The notes beneath the pieces were generated by a model, which ran no database searches, was not told where the DNA came from, and saw only the letters and a program-made list of their open reading frames with translations. Shown one piece after another: positions 36,605 to 49,263 of a DNA stretch of 64,000 bases. The translations under genes and the position numbers were made by a program. The number at the start of each line of letters is the position of its first letter. Position 1 is the first letter of the stretch. The stretch covers positions 260,795 to 324,794 of the forward strand of contig NIVC01000479.1 in NCBI GenBank assembly GCA_002269645.1, given 5' to 3'. The DNA comes from Macrostomum lignano. Its lineage: Eukaryota.

Positions 36605-37114
36605 TCAAACTGCGCGACTAGATTGTCTAAAAGAGCCCAACAGAGACATAACGCATAACACGCCAGTCACAATCGTTAGAGCACCATCAATAGAGTACAC
36701 AATCGTTAAAACTGACGCATAAGACGGCATTTTATAAATGACAACATTAACCGAAGCGGTCATGTTACACGAATTCAAACGGCACTGATAGTAACCACTG
36801 TCACCTTCCGTAGCCTTTAAACAGTTTAATTTACCATCGTTTGATTGAAACCGGCCTCTCAAAGACAAGCCAGTAATCATAGTGCCATTAGGCGAGTACC
36901 ATTCCAACGAGCTACTATTAAACTTGCTGACGCAATCGCCCACAGCAACAGGCTTTGGCAAACGACAAGAGATTGTGAAGCTGCGACCAATTTCGGCTGA
37001 GGTTTGATTGAGCGATAAAACTAAATGACTGGCAGCATGAACTGTCTGCTGGCCGAATACTAATATCGACAGAATTAGTGCACTCGCAATCGTTTTGTAA
37101 GCTGTGTAAGTCAT
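36605..37114 (-). CDS. Single-Ig-domain type I membrane protein 2 (169 aa), paralog of the gene at 29349
   Basis: Signal peptide IASALILSILVFG; Ig motifs TISCRL, LEWYSPNG, GDSGYYQC; YKMPSY then TM segment VLTIVYSIDGALTIVTGVLCV; very short tail. Confidence 0.85.
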   Translation of the reverse strand: MTYTAYKTIASALILSILVFGQQTVHAASHLVLSLNQTSAEIGRSFTISCRLPKPVAVGDCVSKFNSSSLEWYSPNGTMITGLSLRGRFQSNDGKLNCLKATEGDSGYYQCRLNSCNMTASVNVVIYKMPSYASVLTIVYSIDGALTIVTGVLCVMSLLGSFRQSSRAV

Positions 37115-39053
37115 TTGTTTGACTGTGACTTAATTACACTGGCATAAAAAAGACAAGTAAATGAAACAAATAGAAATTTTGTTACAGGCTGCAGTTTTTA
37201 ATACTTTAACTATCGCGGTTTTTCTAGTATTTTAAATTAATTAGTATAATATCATGCACAATTATTGCATGATATATTCATACATATAATATATATATTG
37301 CATGACATATTCATACTCAGGCCACTTCAAATGCCACGTTACTGAGCAGCCTCATCTCGTGATCAATTTTGATCGAAAGCTGGGATATTCATATATTTGT
37401 AATAATTAACGATATTCTAGCTATTATTCTGATAAACAACTTTGTGTCGTCACTTTATAAGAAGTTTAAATAAAGAATTACCACCTGTTCCGATTTTGCA
37501 AATTCGATTCTTGGAAAAGAGACGCGTGTAACCTACAACTTTACGATGTAACCTGTATCAAACATACTCTAAAAAGTCCACAAAAGCTGAAAGGTAGCCA
37601 TATTGCAATTTCAATTCACCGTACCTACTTAAATACTCGCCAAAGTACAGTTACCCAGGACTAATTTTTCCTATTTTTAGCTCGTGGCTGCTTTCAATAG
37701 CTGATTTGATAGGAGCCACTAGCAACATATCGACTTGAGCAGAGCATCAGTGCCCCAAGTGAGCCCAACGCTGGAAAGACACAAGTGGCAACTTATCTGA
37801 CACTAATCTCGCCTCGCACTGACTATCGAACAGAATGCCTGGAGCAATTCAGACACATGCCAATTAAAAAATGCATTAACTGCAGACATTCTCTCATTTC
37901 ACCCTTGACAGTTAATACAGACAGTGGAAAACTTGTCGACTAATGAAACACAGCTTAGTCCAATAGAGAACCGTTACAAGCCATTAAAGGCGATTTCCTA
38001 TAGGTGTGAACGATTAATTTGCACTCCGAACCCAATACGTTAACACCCAATTCACACAGGGATAGCTAGTAATATATGCCATGCGAAAGCGAATATACGA
38101 ATGTAAATAGATTATTAAATGCATAACCAGACTGTCAAGGTAAATAATCCAGAACTAATCCTAGTTGATTCAATATGACATGCGCTGTGATCCTAAGCTG
38201 ATAATCTAGCAAGTCATTGACAGCACGGGATGGATAATCAGGATATTATTGTCTGAGTTAATAAATCGCTAGATTGAGATTATGCCCCTTTCGTGTGTCT
38301 GCAGCTCTAAGCAGTTTTAAATTCTAAAGATATTTAAAAAAACATTTGCTGGTAAGACAAGGTTTAATGAGTGGCATCGCATAACAATTCAGTCATACGA
38401 GCGTATGAGCAGGTTGCTATGTAACAAATTCTCGTTGAAAAACACACGATATCATGATAAAATATTCGCCTGCTGTAGCTTACATAGCTATGCACGACTG
38501 CTCACCCTCTGCCTACCCCGTGGAGCTCGTATGCTTTCTGCAGTTCAGTCATGAGACAACGACTGATGCAGAATTGCACAAAGTTCTCAACGCCCGGTTT
38601 TCCCTTTCACTTTCACACAGCTAAAAATAAAGCAATTACTAATTTAACGATTACTAAGCCAAAAAACCCGACACGCCACAAAGAGATTGTAAGCTGTCCA
38701 CTGACAGAGACTTGTGTATTTAATTATCCGCCTACAGATCGCCTCGCTTCACACAGAAACAAACTTTCTTTCTAGAAGGTTTATACGGGATAAAAACAAA
38801 ACTATGGGAAAGATTGATCGAAAGTTCATTTTGTTGTTTTTGTACGGGTCAATGACAATAGAGAGGAAAGAGGAAAAATAACCAACTAAGTTAAACCCGC
38901 ACAGAGGCGTCGTTGGATTGTTCAAATTCAAAGTTAGAGTCGGGACTTCAAAAGTGTCTGTTTTGTATATAGAAATAGACATTCTCTGCTCCCCGATCAT
39001 TTATCTTCTATAGTAATTTTCCAACTGATGCGACGTGGCAGAGCTCAAGGCTG

Positions 39054-39392
39054 TTAGTCCAATCCCTTCAGCAGCGAGCCGATGTCAAGATTGTTGATGT
39101 CGTGGTGACGATCCATGGCCTGACCGGCTGGGCGGTAGCCAAGGCGACCCTGCTGCTGTCGCAGCTCCCGCTCTCGCTCCTGACGCTGCATGGACTCCAT
39201 GAACTGCTCCCACATAGTCTCAAACTGCTCATCGTTCATCACGGGTCCGGAGGAGCTGCCGCTGGCGCTGGCGCTGCTGCTGGCGCCGCTGCGATGACCG
39301 TTGCTGCCAGATACAACGGCGGTAGCTGGCAGAGCAGTAACAGCAGCAGCCAGGGAAATAGCAACCAACAGATAGAAGGTAAAACACTTCAT
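39054..39392 (-). CDS. Small secreted protein or possible peptide precursor (112 aa), family unknown
   Basis: Clear signal peptide MKCFTFYLLVAISLAAAVTA, Ser/Gly linker, Q/E/R-rich helix, no Cys after the signal. A TATA-like sequence (TATAAAA on minus) lies near 39498-39504. Confidence 0.7.
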   Translation of the reverse strand: MKCFTFYLLVAISLAAAVTALPATAVVSGSNGHRSGASSSASASGSSSGPVMNDEQFETMWEQFMESMQRQERERELRQQQGRLGYRPAGQAMDRHHDINNLDIGSLLKGLD

Positions 39393-40473
39393 TATAGAAC
39401 TTGGGCTTCGAATTTTTTACAAATAATTTTATCAGCTGTATATTTTGAGCCGTAACTAAATCAAACGAACTGGGTGCAGGACGTGAGAAAATTTCAGTTT
39501 TATACATAAAACGGCGATGAAAATCTACACTCGGCAAGTTAATCCCTATTGGACAGGCGAGTTCAGATTTTTAAAAAATAAATTTTTAGACAATGGCCAT
39601 GACTTTTGATTGGTTTAGCCATGGGGGATGTCAAACTGCTGTTCAATGGCCATAGCAGAGACAAAGTTCTAGAATAGAAAAATAAGCCTATTTCATGCAA
39701 AACTACTTACAAGTAGCGAGTGAAAAAATATATAACCTACTAAGATACTAATTCACCTGATGTGTATCATATAATAACCACATGAGCACATAGATAACCT
39801 TTATGACAATAGCCATTTTCATTTAGAGTCCCTCCTGAAATTGGCAGCCACAGTAAAAAAAAATTATTTTAAATTGCATGGCTGAATCTGCATCCACCAC
39901 TCCTAGAAGTAGCTTAAGTACATAGGGTACCCTTTCTAGTGCTGCTTTGACCACTCAAGCCAGGTCTTAAATATGCAAAAATGGCTTCCTAGAAAGTGCT
40001 GATGTCAGCTTTAGGAATAGCTAAACGTTGCAGAGTATGAGGTCCAGCAAGTAAGATAGATAAGATAGCAGATGAACCCTTTTACTATTCTAACTATACA
40101 TGAATCGCAGCAATAGTGTGCAATGCTGCATTGTTATAGTGCAGTAGCAGCTTGGCATTATGCAGAGTTCTTGCCTGCTATTGTCTCTCTTATGGCACCA
40201 TTTCTGTATAATATGGCAATTACAAAACTACCTATAAGAAGGATGTCCACTGCTAAAATACCCAAGGAATTCAAGAAAATGTTGAAACAACCTCTTCCTA
40301 CTTCTGAAACCAGTCTTTATTACTTTAGGCCTGGGCTTATCTAGACTAGACTATGTTGGACTGCTTATTCTTCATTGTAAAAAAAGAAATCTAGCATTTG
40401 TCACTTGTTACTATGTCAGACAAACTTTTGAGGCCATTGGGTTAAAACATCAGCACTATAGTCAGTAGATCAT

Positions 40474-40665
40474 CAGGGGCATAGGGAGGGGGATAGGGGG
40501 ATGTATCCCCCCCCCCCAAAGAGCCTGACCAAAACTTTTTTGTTGACATTTGTTGCTATACATGCTACTATGTGACTCTGTCATAGCACTTTTACATTGG
40601 TATATCCCCCATAGAAAATTCACCTTGGTGTATCCCCCCATAGGAAATTCCTGGCTATGCCCTTA
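40474..40665. mobile_element. hAT-type MITE, 192 bp
   Basis: Imperfect TIR CAGGGGCATAG / CTATGCCCTTA; perfect 8-bp TSD TAGATCAT (40466-40473, 40666-40673). Confidence 0.75.
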
Positions 40666-41680
40666 TAGATCATGTGCATATAAATAGCTTGCTGCTCTAT
40701 TGTAAACAGCTTATGCATGGTGATGTAGGTGCTATCATAGCTTATACCAAGCTTAGAAAGGAATCTTAGTATCATACTCTTAATTTTTATATATAACAGC
40801 TTCTATGAAGGCCATTGACCTTTAGCTTTGCCTTGGTTGCTAATTTCTAAGGCTATTTAGACTAGGTATGATTTAGGATACTTAATTGACCATAGGAAAA
40901 GTGCCATAAACTAGCATTCAATGATATGAAAAAGAAAACTGAAGCCAAATTGGCATAGATATTTATAGCCCAATCTAAGCTATATATGTATATAAATGTT
41001 AAAATGAAAATGGTCTTTGAAAGGTTTTGTATAAAAGTTCAATCATACTAATAATTAAAAAAACAATTTCATTAGATAAATAGCAAAATTAGCTATTGGT
41101 ACATATATAATTTTATTGTATTTAGTAAACCAAATGAACACTTTAAATTGATTATGTAAATAGATAATAGATATCAAAATCTTATTATTAGTCTCAAAGG
41201 GACAGTGAGGGATTCAACATTATAAGCTTAGGTTTATAGTCTCTTAATTGTCTCCATGTTTGTTCTCTCCTATCCTAGGTCCAATATTTGTAACTTTTTT
41301 TGCCAAATCCAGCTTCTTGATATCATTATAAGCAGAATCACATATCATTTGTATACATAGGTTACTTAGGCTCTAATTTTTTAGCTCAAGTTGATAGGCC
41401 CTGTATATTATATGCATAATTACCAAGGTGAAATTTATCCCAAAACAAATAATATACTCTATGCAAAAATAAGTATATATGCATATAAAACTTCATTAAT
41501 TATTTTGATCCTAAGAGAGCTTTAGTAAATTATTATTGGCATTAATATTAATAGGTCTACACTTACATTTAAATTCAACAATAGGTCTATATACACTTTT
41601 CTGGCAAAAAATCTACTATTCTATATACTTTTCTTGATCATTTTTTGTTATATTTACTTAATATATAAAGTATACAGTAC

Positions 41681-42183
41681 CAGTGGCATAGCCAGGAATT
41701 TTAATTGAGGGGGGGGGGGAAGGGCCAGGTTGGGTTGGCCTGGCTAGCCATACCTTATGCTATTGCCATTTTTGGCACCACAGACACTCATTTTGGCATT
41801 GCAGACACTCATTTTTGGTGCCGCAGGCACTCTTTTTAGTGCTGCAAGCAGTCATTTTGGTGCCACAGGCACTCATTTTGGCACCACAAGCACTCATTTT
41901 AGTGCTACTAACACTCATTTTAGTGTTGCAAGCCCTCATTTTGGCACCACAGGCACTTATTTTAGTGCCATAGGCACTCATTTTAGCGCCACAGGCACTC
42001 ATTTTAGTGCCATAGGCACTCATTTTAGCACCACAGGCACTCATTTTAGTGCCACAGGCACTCATTTTAGTGCCACAGGCACTCAATTGCCTCATGGTTT
42101 TTTGGTACCCGCCGCGCCCAACCCTATCCCCCAGGCGATTGAGGGGGGGTGCAGCCTCCTAGGCCCCCCTGGCTATGCCACTA
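41681..42183. mobile_element. MITE of a related family carrying an internal 21-bp minisatellite
   Basis: TIR CAGTGGCATAGCCAG / CTGGCTATGCCACT; TSD not clear; internal array at about 41765-42085. Confidence 0.6.
41765..42085. repeat. 21-bp minisatellite (GCCACAGGCACTCATTTTAGT) inside a MITE
   Basis: Tandem degenerate copies. Confidence 0.85.
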
Positions 42184-42783
42184 CATAGTATACTTTGACA
42201 TAATTATAAAATATAAAAAATAGACTAATTAGACTGAAACTACTCAATGTAAATAATATTTTTAGAGCTTGCATATGCAGCAACCCAAATTGCGGAAGGT
42301 TTTCTGTGTACACCAGCCACATTTTTATTGAATTTTCAATTGTACGCCAACAGATTTTAAATGTACACCAACTTAAAAAATGGTAAAAAAATCAACGAAT
42401 ATTTAAATTTAAATTTAAACTACAAAAAATTGATAACGACATGACGATTGTTGTGACAATTCCAATAATTAAAATGATTGGTAAATGAGAAAATATTAGC
42501 AGAAAAAAAGGTTTTTGAAATAACTTAACATAGAAAAAGCACAAAATTCTTTATATTAATTTCTATGCCAGTTGCCATACACCACACTGTACGCCACACT
42601 GTACACAGCCAAGAAATGTACGCTAGTGTACGCCACGGAAATCAAGTGTATGCCGGAATTTTCCAGCATACACCCCATTGTCTGCAAAATTGGCGGCAAC
42701 TATCTACCTAGTATTTTAATTGCATACATGGTGGCTATCCACCTAGTGCTTTAATTGCATACATGGCAGCTATCTACCTAATA

Positions 42784-43766
42784 CGAAGGGTGTCCAAAAA
42801 TAGTGATACTTTTAACCATAGCTCTTGTTCTATAGCTTCCTGTGATTTAAAATTTTATGAATTGATAGAAGCAAATCTCTTCTACAGACTGTTTTTTTAA
42901 TTTTTAAAATTGATACCAGAGAGCAAAAGTTATACCCATGAAAGTAACAGTACCTGTACCATAGAGTTACACAAATTATAGGCTGAGCTTCACGAGATCC
43001 ATGCCAAGTAAGCTTCGATGAATTGTTGATTTCGCTTGTCCAACCTGTCAGCGATCTCTCTAATGGTCATTTGGGAGTCCTCATCAAGAAGATTCAGAAT
43101 GGAGTCTGCCAGTATATCAGGTCAATGAACGTATGGCCGCCCTGTCCGATGCTGATCTGCCAAGTCAGTCCTTCCCTCGCTGAACTGCTCCATCCATCGA
43201 TAAACTGTCATTTTGCTGACCACAGAGGATCCATGCACAGAGCAAAGTTTTGCGTGAATTTCTGAGGCACTATGGCCAGCATCCCAAAGAGTGAAGATAG
43301 TACTTTGCTGAGCAACAACTGAGTGCACATCCATGTGTGTTGTCGAGTATGGGCAATGAAATCAATTGCAAAATGCAAGCTCCTCTGTTTGCAAGTAAAG
43401 TAATGAATTTAATGCTTTATTTTTCTGCGCATGATTCTGTCCATAGACAAATTTCAGTCAGTCACAGTGAGCATCATTTTGCAATTGGGCTTTGGTATTG
43501 CTTAAACAAGACATTTATCGATGCCTTCTTAATGAATAAGTGCAGAAGTTGACTATCATAAATTTTGATATAGTTTGTGTAACTCTATGGTACAGGTACT
43601 GTTACTTTTGTGGGTATAACTTTTGTTCTCTGGTATCAATTTTAAAAATTAAAAAAGCAGTCTGTAGAAGAGATTTGTCACTATCAGTTCATAAAATTTT
43701 AAATCACAGGAAGCTATAGAACAAGAGCTGCGGTTAAAAGTATCACTACTTTTTGGACACCCCTCG
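42784..43766 (-). mobile_element. Internally deleted mariner-like element with about 197-bp TIRs
   Basis: TA TSDs at 42782-83 and 43767-68; long inverted repeats (42784-42980 vs 43569-43766); N-terminal HTH remnant on minus (SASEIHAKL...SKMTVYRWMEQFSEGRTDLADQHRTGRP). Confidence 0.85.
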
Positions 43767-44320
43767 TATTTTAATTGTATGCGCGGTAGCTAGTAGTTGG
43801 CCACAGTATAGGCCTAGTGAATTGGACCCTTTCCCTCAAATCCACACATTGCTAGGTCCTTATTTACTAAACCTAATTAAAAATTATTGTTTTTATTTTC
43901 TTTTATAATTTTTTATCCTATTTATACCATATATACCTAATTTAATCTCAATTCATTGCTATTTTTTATTAATTTAAATATTAATTTAAATAGTATTTGA
44001 CTTACTATATATAAAGATATGGCTACTAAGCATGCAATTAAAACATTGGATAGACAGCTGCTGTGCATACAAGCTCTTTGTAATATATAACAGCTATAAT
44101 AACAAACCTATGTAAATGTATTTTGTAAATGTATTGTAAATGTATTTTGTCTATTTGCATTAGGCCTATAATGTAAGGATATTAGATATATAATAGAAAA
44201 GATAAATCTAAGGACAAAAATTGCAATAGAAACAATATAGACAAATTTTGCTATAGCTAATTTGGCAACAAGTTTTCTATGATTATATAATATATAATAA
44301 TTGACAATTATAAGTATTTC

Positions 44321-45702
44321 CAGTGGTGGCGCAGGAGGGATGAAGGGGCTATAGCCCCTGGGTGACTACTAGTCACTTCCCGCAGGGAATGACTATCCTT
44401 TATGCAAAAAATTCTAAAAATATGCGCAACGCCAGTGTTGGGCAAGTTACTCAAAAAAAGTAACTTGCGTTACTGTAACTTAAGTTACCAATTTTTAAAA
44501 AGTAACTTACGTTAGCCTAGTAACTTTAGACAAAAACCTGGTAACTTTTAAGTTACTGTCCATTGCTCACTTCCGTTACCGCCATGTTATTAAAATTTAC
44601 TGCTTTTTTCACATTGCACATTTTTTCACATTGTTGTTACCGAAATTTGCCATTGGGGATTGGGATTAACCGATTAACAGACAGAGACAGGAATTGGCAA
44701 CACGATGTGAGGCAAGTAGAAGGACCAATGGGCAATGGCAATCAAAAATTAAAATTATAAATGATAAAATATACGAATATCAATAATTCAATAGAGTAAA
44801 ATAAATAGAACTGTATAAAATGGTGTAGTGTACTGCAGTGCCAGTGGAGGGACTTGTGGAGGCTACAGATGAATTTCTTTCTTTGGTTGTTTGTTTGAAT
44901 CAAACTTGAAAATTTTTAGTAACGAAAATGGGCCTTTTCATGTAGCTAGTTCTGGTTCCAGAACCAGAACCAATTTGTGAAGTATAACTTTTTGTCTCCA
45001 TAACTAGAGGGAGATACGTGCTATAAAGTTTTTATTATTGAATGAAAATCGCTAAGAAGAAAGTGAAAAATTGTGCTAAGTGAGGTTGTTAAGGCAGTCA
45101 AACATTCAACAGAATTAAATAGTTATACTGCTGTTTTTCTTGGAAGATCCCCACCGATTCTGATTCTGGAATTGGTAATATGAAAAGCCTCAATGAAAGG
45201 CGAAAATATTTTACCAATATTAACAAAGTAAAACATGTTTCAAGTATTTCTTCATTAATTAAGCGCAATACCATATGATACTATTTACTTAATTTTGAAT
45301 TTAGGAATGAAAAATGCAAAAACATGTGACAACTGGCGTACTAGCTAAGCATTTCAGTTTTAAATTTAAATATTGCGATTGTTGCAAAGTAACAGTAACA
45401 GACTTCCGAAATTTAAGTAACTTACCGTTACTCCGTTAGGCCTACTAAAATAAAAAAGTAACTTGCGTAAGGAATGCTTTATGAAAAAGTAACTTGCATT
45501 AGGCCTACCATTTGCAAGTTACTCGGTAACGGAAGTGCCCAACACTGCGCAAGGCCATAAAAAATTTATGAGATAAGGGCCTATCATTTAGTTCTAAGAA
45601 TGCTTATTGCCAAATGCCAAGGGTAGGAGGGCAAGGAGGATGACCACCCAACCATTGCCCCCTCCCTCCCAACTAAAAGTGCTGCACTACTAGCCGCCAC
45701 TG
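44321..45702. mobile_element. Outer hAT-type non-autonomous element
   Basis: TIR CAGTGGTGGC / GCCGCCACTG; degenerate 8-bp TSD AGTATTTC / AGTAGGTC. Confidence 0.6.
44433..45547. mobile_element. Inner (nested) hAT-type non-autonomous element
   Basis: TIR CAGTGTTGGGC / GCCCAACACTG; GTAAC/GTTAC subterminal repeats; TSD CGCAACGC / CGCAAGGC (7 of 8 identical). Confidence 0.8.
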
Positions 45703-45756
45703 AGTAGGTCTATTTCTATTTGATTATCAATAAAATTGGTCAGCACCTATTTATAT

Positions 45757-46133
45757 TGAAGAGCTTGCATGCATGGTAGCCATCCACTTAGTGTTTTAAT
45801 TGCGTGCACAGTAGCCAATAGTTGGCCACAGTATAGGCCTAGGCCAAGTGAATTTGATCTTTTCCCTTAAATCCCCGCTATGCTGCCCCGCATTGCTTTG
45901 CTTTGCTACTAACTAAACCTAATTAAAAATTATTTTTACTATATCATTTTATCCCACGTATACCTTGTATGCAAATACAATCTCAATTTATTGGTATTTT
46001 TTAATTTGAATAGGCCTATTCATTTAAACAGTATGGGGACATATGGCCTTTATGACTTACTATTATAAGATGTGGCTGCCATGCATATAATTAGAACACT
46101 AGGTGGATGGCTGCTATGCATGCAAGCTCTTCA
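45757..46133. mobile_element. Old foldback/MITE-like element; a second, interrupted copy lies at about 42700-44080
   Basis: About 60-bp inverted ends TGAAGAGCTTGCATGCAT... / ...ATGCATGCAAGCTCTTCA; internal similarity to 43769-44080. Confidence 0.55.
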
Positions 46134-47250
46134 TGTTTATATTGGCCTTGGCCTATTCATTAGCATTAGTTCTGCTTAACATTGTTTTATGCAGAATAGA
46201 CTAACAATATGGCATATGCAGCAATATGCTAGCTTGGCCTCATTTGTACAATACTAATAGAAATGCTAGCATAGTGTGCAATTTTGGGTAATGGCTAGAG
46301 TTCCGGCACTGGAACCCATTTTCTAACAGCTAGGGATCCAGCAGTGCTGTATATATATAGGTTAGCGAAATAAATATGCTTTGCATGTGTCTCTGACTCT
46401 GCTATGTTACCATGCAGTGCACCAAGTTTGATGGAGTTGTTGACGGCTCAGACAGACGGAGTTGATGGATGTGGATTCGTGGAACGGCCGGATGAATTTT
46501 CTAAGATTAAACTTGTGCCAACTTTCTTAGAACTCTGTTTGATTATAACAAAAGTAGTGTTAATTTGAGTAAACTCTCTCTGCTGCTTTACTCAGGTCTA
46601 GGGGAGATAAATAGCTATAACTGCGACTAAAGCGATCCTAGCTAATATTGGAACACTGAAGATTTCTGAATCGCAGTTGATCTCGGAGAGAGTTTTTTTG
46701 CCGGCACATAAAATTAATCAGTTCTGAATTATCGGTTCTGAGGATGACACTTAAGTAAATGTACAGCGTATATGTGGAAGCAATTGTAATCTACAGTGTA
46801 AATGCCCCGCGTGTGCCTAGCAAGAATCTGCATGAGCATGTATTAACGAAAATCCCTTTGTTGGGAAGTGTGCGTTCACCGTTCTCTTTGATAGGGCCGG
46901 CACTTGTGTAAGGGTGGTATTATAATTATTTCCCAACATCATCGGAACCGATGTATTGTCGGTAGGGCGGCCGGCTGCGGTTGTGTTCCTCGAAACCGCG
47001 GTGGTGGCGCAAGAAAGTCAGCGGATCCCTCCAGGAAGGCACTGCTGAAGGCCGCCCTGATCCTCGTCGGTCATGAAGAAGCTTCTTTTCTTTCGTCAAT
47101 ATAATGACCAAATATAATTTCCATGTTTCAACTTCTTTGCGATCAGATACGTCGTTGGATGCAACCTCATATCAAAAGCTGGGGGTAAAGAAGCAAACTA
47201 TAATTGTGATGCATGCTACGCGAGCGTACTGTTTGCAGTAGTGTGTTTAG

Positions 47251-48429
47251 GTATTTCAAAAGTTCGTAGAAAAGCCGTCTTTGCATAAAGCTATGGCCTT
47301 GAAACTTTTTACAAATACTATTTCATAAATCTATAGCCTGCAGCTAAATTTTCAGCAAAATTGATTGAAATGGCCACCAGAAATCTGCGATCAAACTCTG
47401 AACCCCCACTGCATTTCCTGCGTTCTCCAAGGAGCAGTCAAGAGCCATAATGCTGTTCCTGTTTCGTCGAGGCTCTAGCGCAAATGAAGCTGCTGCTGAG
47501 ATGAAGACTGTACTGCAAGATGAAGCTCCATCCCTCAGCACTGTGAACAAGTGGTTTGGTCGCTTTATAGAGCCGGCCATTTCAATCTGGCTGATGAGCC
47601 AGCCAAGAGAAGGTTGTCCAAGAACATCAACAGACTCATTGAATGTGGCTGCTTTGAACGAGGATGCAAGACTGACGATTGAGAGGATGGAGGAGAGTCT
47701 TGGCATTGATGCCAAATCGATTTGGAGCCGGATCTTGCACGAAGATCTTGGTGTCACCAAGAAAGCTGCCAAATGGGTGCCACGAATCCTCTCGCCTGAG
47801 CGGAAGCAGCGGAGAATTGATTTCTGCAGAAATTTCCTGGATCAGTTCAAAGATGAAGCATCTGCGAACTTCCAGAACATAGTCACAGGTGATGAAGCCT
47901 GGTTCCATCAGTACGACCCGCCAACTAAATCACAGTCGATGGTTTGGTCACTCAAAGGAGCCCCACCTCCCAAAAAGGCAAAGCGGGTGAGGTCAGCTGG
48001 GAAAATCATGTTCGCAATTTTCTTCTCGCCCAGAGGCATCGTGGGCTCAGTGCCTGTTGAGCAAGGCCGCACTGTGACCTCTGATTGGTACGTGACCATC
48101 TGCTTGCCCACTGTGTTCAATTCCATCGCAACTGGCCAGCAGCGCAGGCTGGAAAATTTCAGAAAATCAAGCAGAGCTGCTGCGTGGAAAGTTGTTTGAG
48201 ACTCATGATGAGCTGATTTCTGCTGTGAGTGAGCAGCTCAACTCCATTGAAAAAGCTGATTTTAGAGGTTGCTTTGATAGCTGGCTGCAGCGCATGCGAA
48301 CGTGCATAGAAATCGGTGGCGATTACGTTGAGAGATCAGATTGAGATGCTGATTAATGTGTCACAACCCGCTTTTTGATATCTGCTTGCTTTCTGTCATT
48401 TTCTACGAACTTTTGAAATGCCCCTCGTA
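47251..48429 (+). mobile_element. Mariner element, defective transposase (ORF 47450-48199 plus C-terminal piece in another frame)
   Basis: TIR ATTTCAAAAGTTCGTAGAAAA (left copy 5'-truncated; right copy ends ...CCCCTCG-TA). Motifs KWVPRIL, IVTGDEAWFHQYDP and terminal GGDYVE. The HDNA/YSPDL catalytic segment is deleted. Confidence 0.9.
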
Positions 48430-49263
48430 ATTGTAGAGCTTGTTCCTATCGGGGATGAAGAGCTGTCTCGAGCCCTCTCTCTTGCCAACGACTGAGGGGC
48501 AGACAAAACCCCACTATAACAGTGGCAATTTGGGGCGGAGCAGCTCAGCAACGAACACGTCTTGACTTTCACGCTCTTGTGGTTTGTAATTTTTGTCTCA
48601 TGGCCCGGGGACTTCCCTGAGGTTCATAATTGCACAAGGGCCAGCCCTCAAAGGCACAGAAAGTGTACATATCAGACTACTTTGCGAAAGTAAGCGCCGC
48701 TGTATACACTCTATATGTGAGCCGTGTGCATGAGTCATTCAGAAGATGAAAGAAGTTGTTCAGCCCGAGGGATGCTGCATTTTCGAATTTGCTGTGCTCG
48801 AATTTGTGTTACTCTACCAATAACGCATTTTGATATTTAGCCATAAATTTTTAGGAATCAAATATATTGGCATAATTTTAAAAGCACGAGAAATTAGAAA
48901 ATTTGATCTATTCTTAGATGCAATAAAAATAAGTTCTAGACACGATTTCAAAATACACTGTTTGGACGTATTTTGGGCAGCACTCGTAATAAGACAAAGA
49001 CATAACTATTACAAAGAGAACTTTCAAACCAAAACTTGATTTATTGGATTTAGTTTATTGTTCTCTCAGTCCAGTGGAACATGCAGCTAACCGGAGATTT
49101 CAGGATCGATTCGTTCAGTCCAAAAAAATCAAAAGACAGACAGGTTAAACTTCATTAAATCAAAACGCAATTTCTTGCTTGTAGTTATTAAAGTGTGTTA
49201 GATTTCACTGCGATTGCCCAATCTGTCGCTATCCTCGATCTCTCGCTCTCTCTATTCGCGGCT

